DNA of 64,000 nt from Nematocida ausubeli (GCF_000738915.1 NW_026515638.1:332882-396881); one strand, 5' to 3'; positions 10,876 to 21,911 are shown, numbered from the stretch's first letter. Made by a program: numbers and translations. Notes: generated by a model from the sequence alone, not told the origin.

Positions 10876-12195
10876 ATGAGGGAAATCGTACATTTGCAAA
10901 CAGGCCAGTGTGGTAATCAAATCGGATCCAAATTCTGGGAGGTAATAAGTGAAGAGCATGGAATAAACGGCGAAGGGGCATACGTGGGAACCAACTCATA
11001 TCAGCTGGACAGGGCGTCTGTCTACTACAATGAATCATCAAGCGGAAAGTATGTGCCTAGAGCAGTTTTAGTGGACCTGGAGCCAGGCACAATGGAGGTA
11101 ATCAAGGAGAGCGCGTACGGGAAGCTGTACAGACCAGACAACTTCATCCACGGACAGTCAGGGGCAGGAAACAACTGGGCAAAGGGCCACTACACAGAAG
11201 GGGCAGAGCTAGTTGACTCTGTGATGGACGTAATCAGGAAAGAGGCCGAGAACTGCGACTGCCTGCAGGGATTCCAGGTCACGCACTCGCTTGGTGGAGG
11301 AACCGGAGCAGGTATGGGAACCCTTCTTATCAGCAAGATAAGAGAGGAGTATCCCGAAAGAATGATGTGCACGTTCAGTGTGGTACCATCTCCTAAGGTA
11401 AGCGACACTGTTGTTGAGCCGTACAACGCAACGCTCAGTATTCACCAGCTGGTGGAAAACAGTGATGAAACATTCTGTATTGACAATGAGGCGCTATACG
11501 ACATCTGCTTCAACACTCTGAAGCTCTCAAACCCTGGGTACAGCGACCTAAACAGGTTGGTGTCTGTGGTGATGAGCGGAATTACAACAACACTTCGATT
11601 CCCAGGGCAACTCAACGCTGATCTAAGAAAGCTTGCTGTTAACATGATCCCATTCCCAAGGCTGCACTTCTTCATGGTAGGATTTGCGCCTCTGACTGCA
11701 CAGGGCTCTACCGCATACAGAGCCGTCTCAGTTTCCGACCTGACCCAGCAGATGTTCAGCCCAAAGAACATGATGGCAGCTTGCGACCCCACAAAGGGAA
11801 GATACTTGACAGTTGCTGCAATGTTCAGAGGAAAAATGTCGATGAAAGATGTTGACGAGCAGATGCTCAGTATACAGAGAAAGAACTTCGCAAACTTTGT
11901 GGAGTGGATTCCTCACAATGTAAAAACCTCTGTGTGTGATATTTCTCCCACCGGCCTTGACATGTCATCAACCTTCATTGGTAACAGCACAGCAATTCAG
12001 GAGCTGTTCAAGCGAATCAGTGACCAGTTCAGTCTTATGTTCCGAAAGAAGGCTTTCCTTCACTGGTACACAGGAGAAGGTATGGATGAAATGGAGTTTA
12101 CTGAGGCTGAGTCAAATATGAACGATTTATACAGTGAGTACCAGCAGTATCAGGATGCAACTGTAGATGAAGAGGACTATGGTGTTCACGCATAG
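10876..12195 (+). CDS. TUB2: Beta-tubulin
   Basis: [17 protein letters not shown] start, GGGTGAGMG motif and a full-length 439 aa ORF. Confidence 0.99.
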   Translation: MREIVHLQTGQCGNQIGSKFWEVISEEHGINGEGAYVGTNSYQLDRASVYYNESSSGKYVPRAVLVDLEPGTMEVIKESAYGKLYRPDNFIHGQSGAGNNWAKGHYTEGAELVDSVMDVIRKEAENCDCLQGFQVTHSLGGGTGAGMGTLLISKIREEYPERMMCTFSVVPSPKVSDTVVEPYNATLSIHQLVENSDETFCIDNEALYDICFNTLKLSNPGYSDLNRLVSVVMSGITTTLRFPGQLNADLRKLAVNMIPFPRLHFFMVGFAPLTAQGSTAYRAVSVSDLTQQMFSPKNMMAACDPTKGRYLTVAAMFRGKMSMKDVDEQMLSIQRKNFANFVEWIPHNVKTSVCDISPTGLDMSSTFIGNSTAIQELFKRISDQFSLMFRKKAFLHWYTGEGMDEMEFTEAESNMNDLYSEYQQYQDATVDEEDYGVHA

Positions 12196-13431
12196 GCTGA
12201 ATCTTAGTCTTTAATCTAATAAATCTATTTACTGTTATTATTCTACAGCTCCTATATTTGAAAATAACTTATGCGAGTGTGTTTTTTGTAGACCATACCT
12301 TTTGTATTGGTGGTATATAATGCAGCAAGTAGAATGTGCTCTTAAGAAAATTATATGCTAAATTAGATATATTTAAAATTAGTATTCGTGTGGCTGCAAT
12401 ATACCACTAAATCCTATGCAGACAAATAAGAAGATTTTAAAATAAAGACCTTTTAATAACATATTGCAACACATTGACTATGCCTAAGCACCCTTTGGAG
12501 TACTTATCCTCTATGACTTCTAATTTCAATGCTATTTTGGATATCTCTCCTACTTACTCAAGTACTCTAGTGCAGCTTTCTATTAAGAAAATCTAAGCCT
12601 TTTATGATTTAAAGGTACGCTACTATTTCTAATAGCCCCCTTTCTCCACACTCCTATACATAACAAATGAGTATTTAATTTTAAAACTAGTATATAGACA
12701 ATCTCTATTTAGAATTTTCTTCCTGATGTAAAGTGGGCTTTGCAAATAAAGACTAGCTAAAAGATACTTAAATTTAAAACTAGAGGCTATTATGATATAA
12801 CGTGTGAGTATAAAATTATACATTTATCCCGTACTCTCTGTCTCTAATCTACCTCTTCTGTACTATGTCTTCATTCTTCTGTCTATGTCTTCTTATTATC
12901 CTTTCTTCTACATCTTTGCAAAAATAAACTCTACAATATTCGCACTACCACTGCTGTTCAGAAGGGTTTGTTTCTTCTAAAAAAAAGATAAAGACACACA
13001 AAAATCAGAAAACTGCACTTTTTGAAGAACCACTCTCAGCAAACACTCAGCGCAATGTAGAAAGCTGAATAAACTCCGCATCACACGCCAGCCACATAAA
13101 GAACAAAAAGGCTCGGCTCAGACATGAAAACCTATGCGTACACCAGCACAGAACTATACACACATACCACACATGATATACATACACGTATACACATACT
13201 ATACACATACTACACATATGCAATATGTATGCTGATAGAGACACATCAGAAGTAGACAAGAATGTATTCCTCAAGCATGCTATGCAAGTGCCAAGACACA
13301 AGCTGTCTACCTCACCTACCCATCTGCACACACCTCCCTACATCAGCAGGTCTTCCTCCAGTGCCTGCTGCACATGCCTTGTACACACTCTCCCACTATA
13401 TTAATTTTTCGTCATATGGCCCTCTGAGGTG

Positions 13432-13564
13432 CGCAATTTGCACATAGGCCAGGCTATAGACCGCAATTAAGTAAACAGACAGCAGAACACAGTCTAGAGC
13501 GCAATTAGAAGGGCCCAATGCACATATTTCCAAATTTGATCATTTTTTGGGGGTATTTAAGGGG
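13432..13564 (+). promoter_or_regulatory. Putative promoter inside the repeat: 3x CGCAATT plus a G-flanked TATTTAA box
   Basis: CGCAATT at 13432, 13462 and 13500; GGGGG-TATTTAA-GGGG at 13549-13564. Identical in copy 2. Confidence 0.45.
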
Positions 13565-13778
13565 CACACACTCTGCATTTCAGAACACCAGGAGAGCTGC
13601 ATCTGTCTCACGGCGCAGTGCAGAGAAGAGGGCTGGCTAGGAGGTGGCAGGAGCAAGCCGGCACTAACCCTGCCGGTGGGTCGTCCACTATTATCATTCC
13701 CTTCGGGGTAGCCTATAAGGCCATATGGAGTAGCTTGGATGCCAACTTTGTCATTAGGAAATTCCGCGCATGTTCTTT

Positions 13779-13993
13779 NNNNNNNNNNNNNNNNNNNNNN
13801 NNNNNNNNNNNNNNNNNNNNNNNNNNNNNNNNNNNNNNNNNNNNNNNNNNNNNNNNNNNNNNNNNNNNNNNNNNNNNNNNNNNNNNNNNNNNNNNNNNNN
13901 NNNNNNNNNNNNNNNNNNNNNNNNNNNNNNNNNNNNNNNNNNNNNNNNNNNNNNNNNNNNNNNNNNNNNNNNNNNNNNNNNNNNNNNNNNNNN
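13779..13993. other. Assembly gap (215 N)
   Basis: Run of N. Confidence 1.
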
Positions 13994-14782
13994 CAGCCGC
14001 TCCCGATCTGCCTGCTGCCTTGCTGTACTGTGTCCGCCCTTTGTGTGCTCAACTAATATTCCTTGTCCGCAAGCCTCCAATGGCTTTTTATCTTAAACTC
14101 TTTTACTGTGCTGCAGGTATAAATATATAGAGTCTAAAGAAGTATGCATGCTTTCCTGTAGGTCTTCATATTAACTACAATGTATACCACTGGGTGTGTA
14201 TTCATATAGACAAACAGGCATCTGAACACATCTAAATTCTAATAGTATAGAAACCTAAATTTTCTAGCAAATACTGAGCTCAGTGTGATTATAATGTCTA
14301 TTGTAGATTTACTGCTATCTTCTCAATAACATGCTAGTTCTTAGGTAAATATAATTCTTGCTAAAATAATATACATTCTATTACAGCTAGAATTTTCTCT
14401 CAAATAATAATACTCTAAAATGTATAACTTCTGAAGGATTACCAGATAAACAGCGCCATCTAAGCAAGAATATTATATAATTTAAGAATGGCCAGCCAAC
14501 AATTTCCATATATAATAAGTAGAGGAATCTTTGCGAATAGTATGGACTCTAGTAGATTCCAATAATACTTTTGCTAATAGTACGAGAAGAATTTAAGCAG
14601 AGAATAAAAATAGCCCCAATGCAGAAACTATGGATAAAATTACATGGAAGGCATTTTATAAAGAGGGAAGTGTAGGAAATAGTATATGTAGTGTAATAGC
14701 AGGGAAAGTATGCTATTTATGCACGAACGGATAATTTTTATTTTATTCTTAAAGACAGAAAAGAGCCACATGAAATTTTTTT

Positions 14783-16003
14783 ATGAAAGACAAGAAACGG
14801 TTAAGCAAGAGAGTAAGTACAAAGACCAGAGAAAACTTACGAAAAAAGGCATCAAAGGCGGATAAAGTACAACGAAGGCGAGAGAGGAAGCAAGAAAAGA
14901 GAGAGACAACAGGAGCATTCAATGCAGTAAAAACAGAAGAGGAGAAAATGACCCTTAGACAGATAAGAGAGAACGCAGAGGCTCGGCTAAAGCTCTACAC
15001 AGAGGCCCAAAAGAATACTTCAAAGACAGATATACAGGATGATATTTCACGAAGGTACATCAAAGAAATATATAAAGTAGTTGCAGAGTCTGATGTCATT
15101 TTGCAAGTGCTTGACGCAAGAGACCCAATAGGAAGCAGAGCACCAGAGGTAGAGAGAATTATTCACTCGCAAGAAAAGAAGCTCGTCTACATCCTAAATA
15201 AGATTGACCTAGTAGACAGAGAGAACTGGGGCACGTGGCTCGAGTACCTAAGAAACTATGCACCAACTGTTCCATTCAAGGCCTCCACACAGTCACAGCG
15301 CACAAGGCTGGGGCAGACCGAAAAGACAGAGCTGAAGGCAGAGGCATTTGGGGTAAAAGACCTAATGAACCTACTGAACAACTACTGTCGATCAGGCGGC
15401 TCTGTTACTGTAGGTATTGTTGGCTGCCCAAACGTGGGAAAGAGCAGTCTTATAAACTCGCTGAAGAGAGAAAAGTCCTGCGAGGTAAAGAACACGCCAG
15501 GAGTAACCAAGATTCTGCAGCACATCGTACTGAACGGAGCAATTCGGCTGATAGATTCTCCAGGAATTATCTACAACAAGTGTAATCCTGTGAGCGCGGC
15601 CCTTAGAGCAAGCACCTCTGAGGTGGACTTGGACACAATTGTTTCTTTTATATTTAACCGTGTTGGAGGGCGAGAGCTGGCCATTCTATATGGAATATCC
15701 GAGCCACAGACAGAAGAGGAGCTGCTTATATCGCTGGCTGTCAAGTGGGGAAGGCTAACCAGCGGGGGAGTCCCAGACAAAAGAACCTCTGGCTTTATGA
15801 TTCTGCGTGACTTGCAGATAGGTCGCATCAGATTTTCAACAAAAGTGCCTGTGCACAGCGCCGCGCTTCCAGATGCAAGCGATGACCTTATTAACTTAGA
15901 TATAAACCAGAGCCGAATGGGGCAGTACAAGAAAGAGGGAGGAAACTTCTCTGGCGCCACAGAGAATATCGAGAACATGTACGAGGCAATGCCTGATCTT
16001 TAA
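14783..16003 (+). CDS. NUG1: Nucleolar circularly permuted GTPase NUG1/GNL3 (Grn1)
   Basis: Basic N-terminus KRLSKR, VLDARDP, NKIDL, G1 GCPNVGKSS, PGVTK and DSPG motifs. Confidence 0.9.
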   Translation: MKDKKRLSKRVSTKTRENLRKKASKADKVQRRRERKQEKRETTGAFNAVKTEEEKMTLRQIRENAEARLKLYTEAQKNTSKTDIQDDISRRYIKEIYKVVAESDVILQVLDARDPIGSRAPEVERIIHSQEKKLVYILNKIDLVDRENWGTWLEYLRNYAPTVPFKASTQSQRTRLGQTEKTELKAEAFGVKDLMNLLNNYCRSGGSVTVGIVGCPNVGKSSLINSLKREKSCEVKNTPGVTKILQHIVLNGAIRLIDSPGIIYNKCNPVSAALRASTSEVDLDTIVSFIFNRVGGRELAILYGISEPQTEEELLISLAVKWGRLTSGGVPDKRTSGFMILRDLQIGRIRFSTKVPVHSAALPDASDDLINLDINQSRMGQYKKEGGNFSGATENIENMYEAMPDL

Positions 16004-16208
16004 TAAATATCGAAATTATTCTGCAATGTTTGCATAAATGATAAAAACTATGTACTACAGTGAAACCCGCACTATTTCTATTTCAGCAGCAAAAGATATT
16101 TTGTGTGAAAGCACAGCAGCTTGAAGCCTCTGCCTAGAAGTTTCGTGCAAGTAGCTTCTTTTATATAAGAAGAAATACCCATTGTATTTTTTATTTATGA
16201 TTATTAAA

Positions 16209-18389
16209 ATGGGTAATATTGAAGTCTTCTTTCCGAAGAACAACATATACCAAGAGCAAATGCAGTACATTAAGGAGCTATACGAAGTGGTCCAGGACAA
16301 AGGACACTGCTTAATAGAAATGCCAACAGGCACAGGAAAAACAATTGTTCTCTTAAGCTTTCTAATGAGCTACCAAATACATCTTATGACGAAAGAAGAA
16401 GGCCACGAAAAGATCCGAGAGAAAGGATTCAAAAGAAGAGAAGGTGTTTTTAAAATAATATACTGCACCCGAACAACTGCAGAGATAGAGAAGGTGCTGG
16501 AGGAGTTAAAAGAGCTATATGATTACATTAAAACGTACATTCCAGATTTAGATTACACAGGACTGGGACTGGCAGCACGAAGAACACTCTGCCTGAATCC
16601 AGACATCAACGCAGACCCTTCCCTTGTCAATAAGAGATGCCGACAAGAAAAGGAAGATTGCACATTCTATAAAGAGTATCTGAAGATGACAGAGAATATT
16701 CCAAGCGGCATCCACACTCTAGACGGTCTAAAAGAAATTGGAACCCAGACAAACCGGTGCGCTTACTACACAGCAAGATCGTCCATATTTTTGGCGGATT
16801 GCGTGGTGTACACGTACAATTATATGATTGACCCGCGTATTAGCGAGCTTGTGAGCAGTGGATTTGGGAGCAACTGCGTAGTTGTCTTTGACGAGGCACA
16901 CAATATAGATAGTGTTTGTGTTGAGGTGTTGACAGTGCATATTAATAGAACATGCTTAGACAAGGCATGGAAAAGCCTGTGCACGATTTCAGACTACATG
17001 GTCAGCAGAAATATAAGCCTGAACCGAAATGAAAGAGAGCGGTCAATGTACAATAGAGGAAAGGGAATTAAAAGCGACTATGCATCGCTTCTTGAGGGAC
17101 ACAAATCCAGCAGAAAATTTACCTCGCTTGTTCCAGGGACACTTCGAAGCATTAGCGGGTTTATCTCGGCTACGAAGCGAATCATTGAGTTCTTTAAAAC
17201 CAAGCTGAAGAATGTAAACCTCACCACTGAAACGACAGAGGTCTTTGTAAAAACACTTGAGACCACTGTCTTTATTGACTTTTCGTCGCTGATCCATCTC
17301 TCGCGAAGGCTGCGCGAAATAATGGGGGAGCTGGAAATGCATGGGTTTACAGATGACTACTCCGAGCTATCGCGAGTGTGCGACTTCTGCTCACTGAGCG
17401 GGCAGTTTAAGAAAGGATTTTCTGTTATTTTTGAGCCCTTCAACTCGTACTCAATTTACGAGCCTGTGCTGCACCTTTCGTGCCTAGACTCATCAATTGC
17501 CATGAAGCGTGTTTTTTCTGGATACAATAATGTAATTATCACAAGCGGAACACTCAGCCCAATATCGATATACCCAAGGCTGCTGGACTTTACTCCTGTT
17601 AAGTCTGTTGAAATTGATGTTTCGTCAAAAAGAGGACTGCATGCACTGATTGTCACAAAAGGAAGTGACCAAATGACGCTGGCCATGGACGGCTCCAATG
17701 CAATCTCAAGCACATTTTCTTTGCGCGCAGAGCCAGCAGTTGTGCGTAACTATGGAAATCTTCTTCTTGAGATGGCCATGTCTGTTCCTGATGGAATGGT
17801 TTGCTTTTTCCCTTCATATAGATACATGGAAGAGGCTGTGGCAGCCTGGACCGAAAGTGGAATAATAAAGAAAATAATGGAATGCAAGCTTATCTTTGTG
17901 GAGTCGTTTGACCATGCAGAGACAGAAAGAGCGCTGGAGGGATATAAAAGAGCATGCGAAACCGGAAGAGGGGGGCTTATGCTCAGCGTGGCAAGAGGAA
18001 AGGTCTCTGAGGGTGTGGACTTCTCTGGATGCTATGGGCGGGCAGTTCTTATTTTTGGCGTGCCCTTTCAGTACACTGAAAGCCCAAGACTCAAAAAGCG
18101 CTTGGAGTTTCTTGCAGAGGAGTTTGGAATTAGAGAGTCAGAATTTCTTTCCTTTGACGCGATGCGCCAAACAGCACAGTGCATTGGAAGGGTGCTCCGA
18201 ACAAGCACAGACTATGGGCTAGCTGTTTTGGCTGATAGACGGTTCAATGTGTCCGAGAAAAAAACACAATTGCCAAGATGGGTTCAGAGGCATTTAGAAG
18301 AAACAAGTGTAAATTTAAGTATTGACATGTGTGTTGCGCAGGGAAGGCAATTTTTTAGAAGAGCACCAAGTGCAAAGTATTATAATTAG
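16209..18389 (+). CDS. RAD3: TFIIH helicase RAD3/XPD
   Basis: EMPTGTGKT, four Fe-S cysteines, VVFDEAHNID, ITSGTLSP, SVARGKVSEGVDF and AMRQTAQCIGRVLR. ATG at 16209 chosen. Confidence 0.95.
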   Translation: MGNIEVFFPKNNIYQEQMQYIKELYEVVQDKGHCLIEMPTGTGKTIVLLSFLMSYQIHLMTKEEGHEKIREKGFKRREGVFKIIYCTRTTAEIEKVLEELKELYDYIKTYIPDLDYTGLGLAARRTLCLNPDINADPSLVNKRCRQEKEDCTFYKEYLKMTENIPSGIHTLDGLKEIGTQTNRCAYYTARSSIFLADCVVYTYNYMIDPRISELVSSGFGSNCVVVFDEAHNIDSVCVEVLTVHINRTCLDKAWKSLCTISDYMVSRNISLNRNERERSMYNRGKGIKSDYASLLEGHKSSRKFTSLVPGTLRSISGFISATKRIIEFFKTKLKNVNLTTETTEVFVKTLETTVFIDFSSLIHLSRRLREIMGELEMHGFTDDYSELSRVCDFCSLSGQFKKGFSVIFEPFNSYSIYEPVLHLSCLDSSIAMKRVFSGYNNVIITSGTLSPISIYPRLLDFTPVKSVEIDVSSKRGLHALIVTKGSDQMTLAMDGSNAISSTFSLRAEPAVVRNYGNLLLEMAMSVPDGMVCFFPSYRYMEEAVAAWTESGIIKKIMECKLIFVESFDHAETERALEGYKRACETGRGGLMLSVARGKVSEGVDFSGCYGRAVLIFGVPFQYTESPRLKKRLEFLAEEFGIRESEFLSFDAMRQTAQCIGRVLRTSTDYGLAVLADRRFNVSEKKTQLPRWVQRHLEETSVNLSIDMCVAQGRQFFRRAPSAKYYN

Positions 18390-18480
18390 GCAGCCGAATC
18401 ATGACGACTAGAGCGTCCACATTACCAATAAAATTCATAAAGAAAGCTCCAATAAGAATCTACCCCCATATTTAAACTAT

Positions 18481-18498
18481 TAAATTTTTACCCCCACC
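18481..18498 (+). promoter_or_regulatory. AAATTT + CCC-like initiation motif of the P5-ATPase gene
   Basis: TAAATTTTTACCCCCACC directly before the ATG. Confidence 0.5.
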
Positions 18499-21400
18499 AT
18501 GCCAGCATTTATTAGAGGCCAGAATAAAAGTGGTATACAGGGAAGAAAGCGCAGATTCCCTAAGGAAATTTACTATGGCGTCTCACTGATGACGCTGGGG
18601 CTTTTCCATGTTCTGTGTTCCTCTGCTGCCGTTAAACTGCTAATAGAAACAAAACAGGTATCAGTTGAAGATGCCGATATTTTAATATTTAACGGAAAGG
18701 CCTTTGAGGTTTTGGAGGAGGAGGTGGAAGAGGATGAAATCACATATCTGGTTCGGGATTACATAAAGAACGGGAAATACCGGTATGTATTTATCAACAG
18801 CACTCGATTAATATTTAACTGGAAGTACTGCGAGTACTACACCCCCAAAGGAGCAAAATACATGGACACCCTCACAAGGAAGGAAAGAGAAATTCTATTT
18901 GGGAAAAACATGCTTGTGACAAAGAGCAAGAGCAACTTCTACATCTTTTTTGACGCGCTTTTTGACAAAATTAATGTGTATACAATTTTTGGTATCCTTT
19001 TGTGGATCTACATAGACTACTATATATATGCATTCCTTATTTTTCTGCTCATGGCGTACAATCTAACAAATGAGGTGTCAACGGAGGTGCAGAAAAACGC
19101 CCAATCTGAAAAAATCTCCAAGGTGCAGAAGCACTCGTTCATTCTTTGGAACGGCGCAATAAAGGTGATAAAGGAGGCAGAGATAGTATTAGGAGACATA
19201 CTTGTTCTGCTGCCATTTACTGAAGTTCCGTGCGACTGCGTGGTGATAAGCGGATCAGTTGCTGTAAACGAGGGGTTTGTTACAGGCGAGTCTGTTCCAG
19301 TGCTCAAAAAGGAAAACACCGAAGTGCTAGCAGGGTCTGTTGTTTTCCAGGCGATAATGCAGGATCCCGAGAAGTATGAGCATAAAGACCCAACTCCTGA
19401 GATAGAGAAATATCTCGAGTCAAATAACTACTGCCTGGTTAGAGCAGTACGGATATCTTATGACTCTGCCAGGGGAAAGGCCTTTAGAAACCTAATCGAA
19501 GATAAGATGGGCGTGCCTCCAATATACTATGACACAATTAAGTTTATAGGCATCATTGCCTGCATGCTAATTCCGTGCGTTTTTTCGGTTTTCATTTACC
19601 TACAGGCGCATCTTCCAACAAAGATTTTAATTTGCTATATATTTGACCTGGTGTATGCGCTGGTATCGCCCTCGCTTCCTACTGCTATCTGGGTGGGCAT
19701 GTCTATGTGCGCGCAGCGCCTTCAGCAGAAAAAGATTGTCTGCAAAGACATCTCTATCAGCAATGTCTCTGGAACCATCACAAAGGTGTGCTTTGATAAA
19801 ACCGGGACTCTAACTGAAGAAGGGCTGGACATAAAGTGCATAAATGTTGATGGCACAGAGGTGTTTTCTATAGAGGATATCAAGGACCCGATTGTTCTGC
19901 GTGGGCTTAGCATGTGCCACTCAGTTGAGAAAATAGGCGATCGACTGATTGGAGACCCACTGGACGTAAAGCTTCTGCAGTTTGCTAAAGGGTGTGTAGA
20001 CTATACAACACGCAACCAAAAGATAGAGAAAACAGTTGCAGTAAACGGAAAGGTCCTGGGAAAAATAAACGAAACCTTTGACTTTGACTCCACAATCCGA
20101 AGAATGTCAACTGTATCAGAAGCCAACGATGGAAGCCTATATGCCTTTGCTAAGGGATCTGCAGAAGCAATTCTGTCTATATCAGAAAACCAAGCGGGCA
20201 GCGACGAAGACAGAGATGTGGTGAGCGAGTACACGCGGGAGGGATACAGAGTTATATCACTTGCAGGTAAGCCCATGAAAGAGAGAACAAAAGACCGCCA
20301 GGAAGTGGAGAGCAATCTAAAGATACTGTGCACCATTGTATTTGAGAACAAGCTTAAAAAAGACAGCGCAAAGACAATAGACACACTTAAGAGAGCAGGG
20401 CTATCCAGCATCATGTGCACAGGCGATGCGTTGCTAACTGCTGTGTCTGTGGCAATGAATTGCGAAATTATTGAGCCGCACGTGCCTGTTATTTATCCAA
20501 AGCTTGGCTCAACAAAAAAAACAATAGAGTCTGTGGTGTGGGCGTGCTTCAATGACGACGTGGTGTTTGACAAGATGCTGATGAAGGTGAAAAAGGGACA
20601 GGACTATGTATCGTATATTGACTATGTGATTGCCATTGAAGGGACTTTGTTTGACCTTTTTATGGAGCACCCTGAGTATAAACAGCTGATCCAAAGGCGG
20701 TGCAAAGTGTTCTCCCGGATGAATCCGCTGCAAAAAAGCAAAGTAGTGGGAATGTACAAAGAGACAGATTTGGTCTGCTTTGTTGGAGATGGGGCAAACG
20801 ACTGCAACGCCATCCAAATTGCAGATGTGGGCATATCAATCTCAAACTCAGAAGGGTCTGTGGAGTACTGTGTTTCCTCATATCTATCATATACTAAAGA
20901 GATTTCCTGCATACTAGATATTATCAAAGAGGGGAAGTGTGCAATAATAACCACGCTTAGCAAGATTGAACAGATACTTATTATAACGATATCCCAGTTC
21001 AACGCCTTGATAATTCTTCTCTTCAAGAAACTCTTTATGTCAGACATGCAGAACATATACACAGACATTTTGATCAATATTCCACTTTCTATTTTAATGT
21101 CGCACTTCAAAGCGTCTAAGAAGCTGTCTAAGAAAAAGCCGCAGAAAAGGCTCCTTGCCCAAAACCCTATAGCTGGAATAGTTGTCCACTGCTTTACCCA
21201 TCTAATCCATCTTCTTATGCTTTTTAAGTATCTGGAGCATCTGGGGCATGTTAATGTGATGCCGTCCAAGCCAAACAAACTTTCAGAAGAGTCCCAGCTG
21301 GCAACAGGAATCTTTCTTATGTCGAATCTGCAGGCGCTCTATTCTGGCCTGGTGTACACGCCTGGAGCTCCTTTCCGAGAGAATAAGAATGCTAATAAGC

Positions 21401-21627
21401 TTTTCATAGCGTTCTACTTTTTCCATCTAGTCCTTCTGTCGATTCTTTTCATTTCAGTTAGTAGCATCCCGGTGTCTAACAACTCTATGTGTGTTATGTT
21501 TAGAAAGCTGTTCAATCTACTTCCACTATCGCTCAATGCAACCATTGCAATCCTTGCTCTTACTGTTTCTGATGCGTTTATAGTCATTCTTTTGACAAAG
21601 GTGCTGAACGCCCTCCACTCTAGTTAG
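18499..21627 (+). CDS. P5-type (probably P5B, YPK9/ATP13A-like) P-type ATPase
   Basis: TGES, DKTGTLT, KGSAE, TGD and VGDGANDC motifs; M4 SPSLP; M6 QNIYTDILINIP resembling P5B. Confidence 0.9.
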   Translation: MPAFIRGQNKSGIQGRKRRFPKEIYYGVSLMTLGLFHVLCSSAAVKLLIETKQVSVEDADILIFNGKAFEVLEEEVEEDEITYLVRDYIKNGKYRYVFINSTRLIFNWKYCEYYTPKGAKYMDTLTRKEREILFGKNMLVTKSKSNFYIFFDALFDKINVYTIFGILLWIYIDYYIYAFLIFLLMAYNLTNEVSTEVQKNAQSEKISKVQKHSFILWNGAIKVIKEAEIVLGDILVLLPFTEVPCDCVVISGSVAVNEGFVTGESVPVLKKENTEVLAGSVVFQAIMQDPEKYEHKDPTPEIEKYLESNNYCLVRAVRISYDSARGKAFRNLIEDKMGVPPIYYDTIKFIGIIACMLIPCVFSVFIYLQAHLPTKILICYIFDLVYALVSPSLPTAIWVGMSMCAQRLQQKKIVCKDISISNVSGTITKVCFDKTGTLTEEGLDIKCINVDGTEVFSIEDIKDPIVLRGLSMCHSVEKIGDRLIGDPLDVKLLQFAKGCVDYTTRNQKIEKTVAVNGKVLGKINETFDFDSTIRRMSTVSEANDGSLYAFAKGSAEAILSISENQAGSDEDRDVVSEYTREGYRVISLAGKPMKERTKDRQEVESNLKILCTIVFENKLKKDSAKTIDTLKRAGLSSIMCTGDALLTAVSVAMNCEIIEPHVPVIYPKLGSTKKTIESVVWACFNDDVVFDKMLMKVKKGQDYVSYIDYVIAIEGTLFDLFMEHPEYKQLIQRRCKVFSRMNPLQKSKVVGMYKETDLVCFVGDGANDCNAIQIADVGISISNSEGSVEYCVSSYLSYTKEISCILDIIKEGKCAIITTLSKIEQILIITISQFNALIILLFKKLFMSDMQNIYTDILINIPLSILMSHFKASKKLSKKKPQKRLLAQNPIAGIVVHCFTHLIHLLMLFKYLEHLGHVNVMPSKPNKLSEESQLATGIFLMSNLQALYSGLVYTPGAPFRENKNANKLFIAFYFFHLVLLSILFISVSSIPVSNNSMCVMFRKLFNLLPLSLNATIAILALTVSDAFIVILLTKVLNALHSS

Positions 21628-21911
21628 GAAACATGTGCTGTGCATATTTCTGATTTTGCTGGCACAACACCAATAAACAAATATTATACTACATTTAACA
21701 GTTTTTGATGAGTTTTTCTGATTTTTCCACAGCAGGATTTTTCAGCAAGAAAACCACGTGTTCTGTTCTCGCATTATTCATTTTAGATCTATTTTTACTT
21801 TGGATAAAACTCTTCTAATTTTATTCTTTCTGTCCTTTTTCTGGAAGGGTTGTGTTTATAATTATAAAATACTTAGAAAATATTTACTGCCGTAGAAAAA
21901 TTAAGCAGGAA

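Larger units (their letters stand above)
12816..14114 (+). repeat. Dispersed ~1.3 kb non-coding element, copy 1 (contains assembly gap 13779-13993)
   Basis: Aligns end to end with the reverse complement of 54088-55401. Shared ends are TTATA[C/T]ATTTATCCCGTAC and TTTTACTGTGCTGC. Confidence 0.95.

Noticed and set aside
13586..13605. CACCAGG resembling the 5' end of microsporidian SSU rRNA
   Set aside because: It is not followed by TTGATTCTGCC and no other rRNA universal motifs are present.
13632..13662. SRP RNA helix-8-like AGG...AGCA
   Set aside because: The inner bases (AGG/AGG) cannot pair and there is no GNRA loop.
12816..14114. Hammerhead or twister ribozyme in the repeat
   Set aside because: No CUGANGA...GAAA core or twister consensus was found by eye on either strand; ~64 nt remain unseen.
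12808..14123. GTATAAA on both sides of repeat copy 1 as a target-site duplication
   Set aside because: It is AT-rich, offset from the aligned ends, and copy 2 has no equivalent duplication.
13047..14130. ORFs called inside repeat copy 1 (and mirrored at 54106-55170)
   Set aside because: They overlap in several frames, span N gaps, often start at non-ATG codons or are Cys/Val-rich translations of CA/TA microsatellite-like DNA. No single frame stands out, although coding in the core cannot be fully excluded.
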